DNA of 64,000 nucleotides from Diplonema japonicum. Taxonomy: Eukaryota > Protista > Euglenozoa: Diplonemea. The notes below the pieces were generated by a model. The model did no database searches and was not told the origin of the DNA. It worked only from the letters and a program-made list of their open reading frames with translations. Below are positions 63,379-64,000 of this stretch, one piece after another. The stretch is from contig OZ025666.1 in NCBI GenBank assembly GCA_964019335.1, positions 1-64,000 on the forward strand, read 5' to 3'. The first letter of the stretch is position 1. Every line of letters begins with the position of its first letter. Made by a program: the position numbers and the translations under genes.

Positions 63379-64000
63379 ATGTTGGCCATAATCTTGACGC
63401 TTGCGTTGAGTCAAGCGAGGAGGGCATGCGACTCTTCTCTGGACTGCAACAACAGAGGGGGCACCGTGACAGGTGTCGTGTCGTCAGGGTGTAACTGTGA
63501 TTGCACTGACAAGTGGGAAGGCGTAGCATGCGAAACGTGTCCTACTCACTACGACCAAGTGACATGCAACAGCTGTGCGGACGGTCGGATAGGCTACCCT
63601 GCGTGCACCACGTGTAGTGTGGGGATGGTGATGCCTGCTGTTCCCGGCGGCGGGAACTGCTATGGCTTGGAAGTGGCCGTTGTCTCTGTCTTAGGGATAG
63701 AATGCAAGTGCGTCTGTCAAAAAGGCTACGATCCTGATGAGAACTGCTTGCACTGCGCTCCAGGCTATTATGTTCCTCTTGGAGTACCAACGTGCTGGGA
63801 GTGTCGTTTGGACACGCACTGCTCCAGCCACGCCCTGTCTGTGGTTGACGACGGGTCGCGCAAGATGTGCAACTGTACTTGCCGCAATATGTGGACGGGC
63901 ACGCAGTGCCAGACATGTCCTGTTTCCTACAACCCAGCAGACCCTAGCGACGATTGTGGCGGCTGTCTTGTTGGCTACTTTGACTACGGTGGCGGAACGG
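63379..64000 (+). CDS. Secreted/surface Cys-rich laminin-EGF-like repeat protein, runs off the window end
   Basis: Open frame MLAIILTLALSQA...CNCDCTDKWEGVACETCP...CNCTCRNMWTGTQCQTCP; missing from the ORF track because it has no stop. Confidence 0.8.
   Translation, partial: MLAIILTLALSQARRACDSSLDCNNRGGTVTGVVSSGCNCDCTDKWEGVACETCPTHYDQVTCNSCADGRIGYPACTTCSVGMVMPAVPGGGNCYGLEVAVVSVLGIECKCVCQKGYDPDENCLHCAPGYYVPLGVPTCWECRLDTHCSSHALSVVDDGSRKMCNCTCRNMWTGTQCQTCPVSYNPADPSDDCGGCLVGYFDYGGGT

Overview
Eukaryotic, most likely euglenozoan (diplonemid/kinetoplastid-like) genomic DNA; this is inferred from the all-plus-strand gene array and from ACP and Pin1 sequences that resemble kinetoplastid ones. Bases 1-15.4 kb are a repeat compartment. 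It holds a >=1 kb (GGGTTTGC)n array and a 5'-truncated CRE/SLACS-type RLE retrotransposon with a poly(A) tail and a 17-bp target-site duplication starting exactly at the array edge. It also holds a decayed Polinton/Maverick fragment (minor capsid) and a CpG-decayed mosaic of inverted repeats, minisatellites and hAT-like ends. Bases 15.4-64 kb are a dense, co-oriented gene array with ~28-57 nt GT-AG introns: SPEF2, DRC7, a Pls-type membrane NRPS, an MVP-like protein, GINS4, two SYCP2/KKT17-18-like genes, RecQ1, LRR and IQ proteins, a signal-peptide/IPT-NSF fusion, SRP72, Pin1, importin-alpha, two kinases, mitochondrial ACP, Tim22 and an EGF-repeat protein. The first SYCP2-like gene has a 2-kb intron containing three tRNA genes and an ingi-like retroelement relic. 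The best novelty candidates are the NRPS with a non-amino-acid-type A domain, the apparently secretory-pathway NSF-like ATPase, the intronic tRNA/retroelement cassette and the satellite-edge retrotransposon. All family assignments come from motif recognition by eye; no database searches were run.
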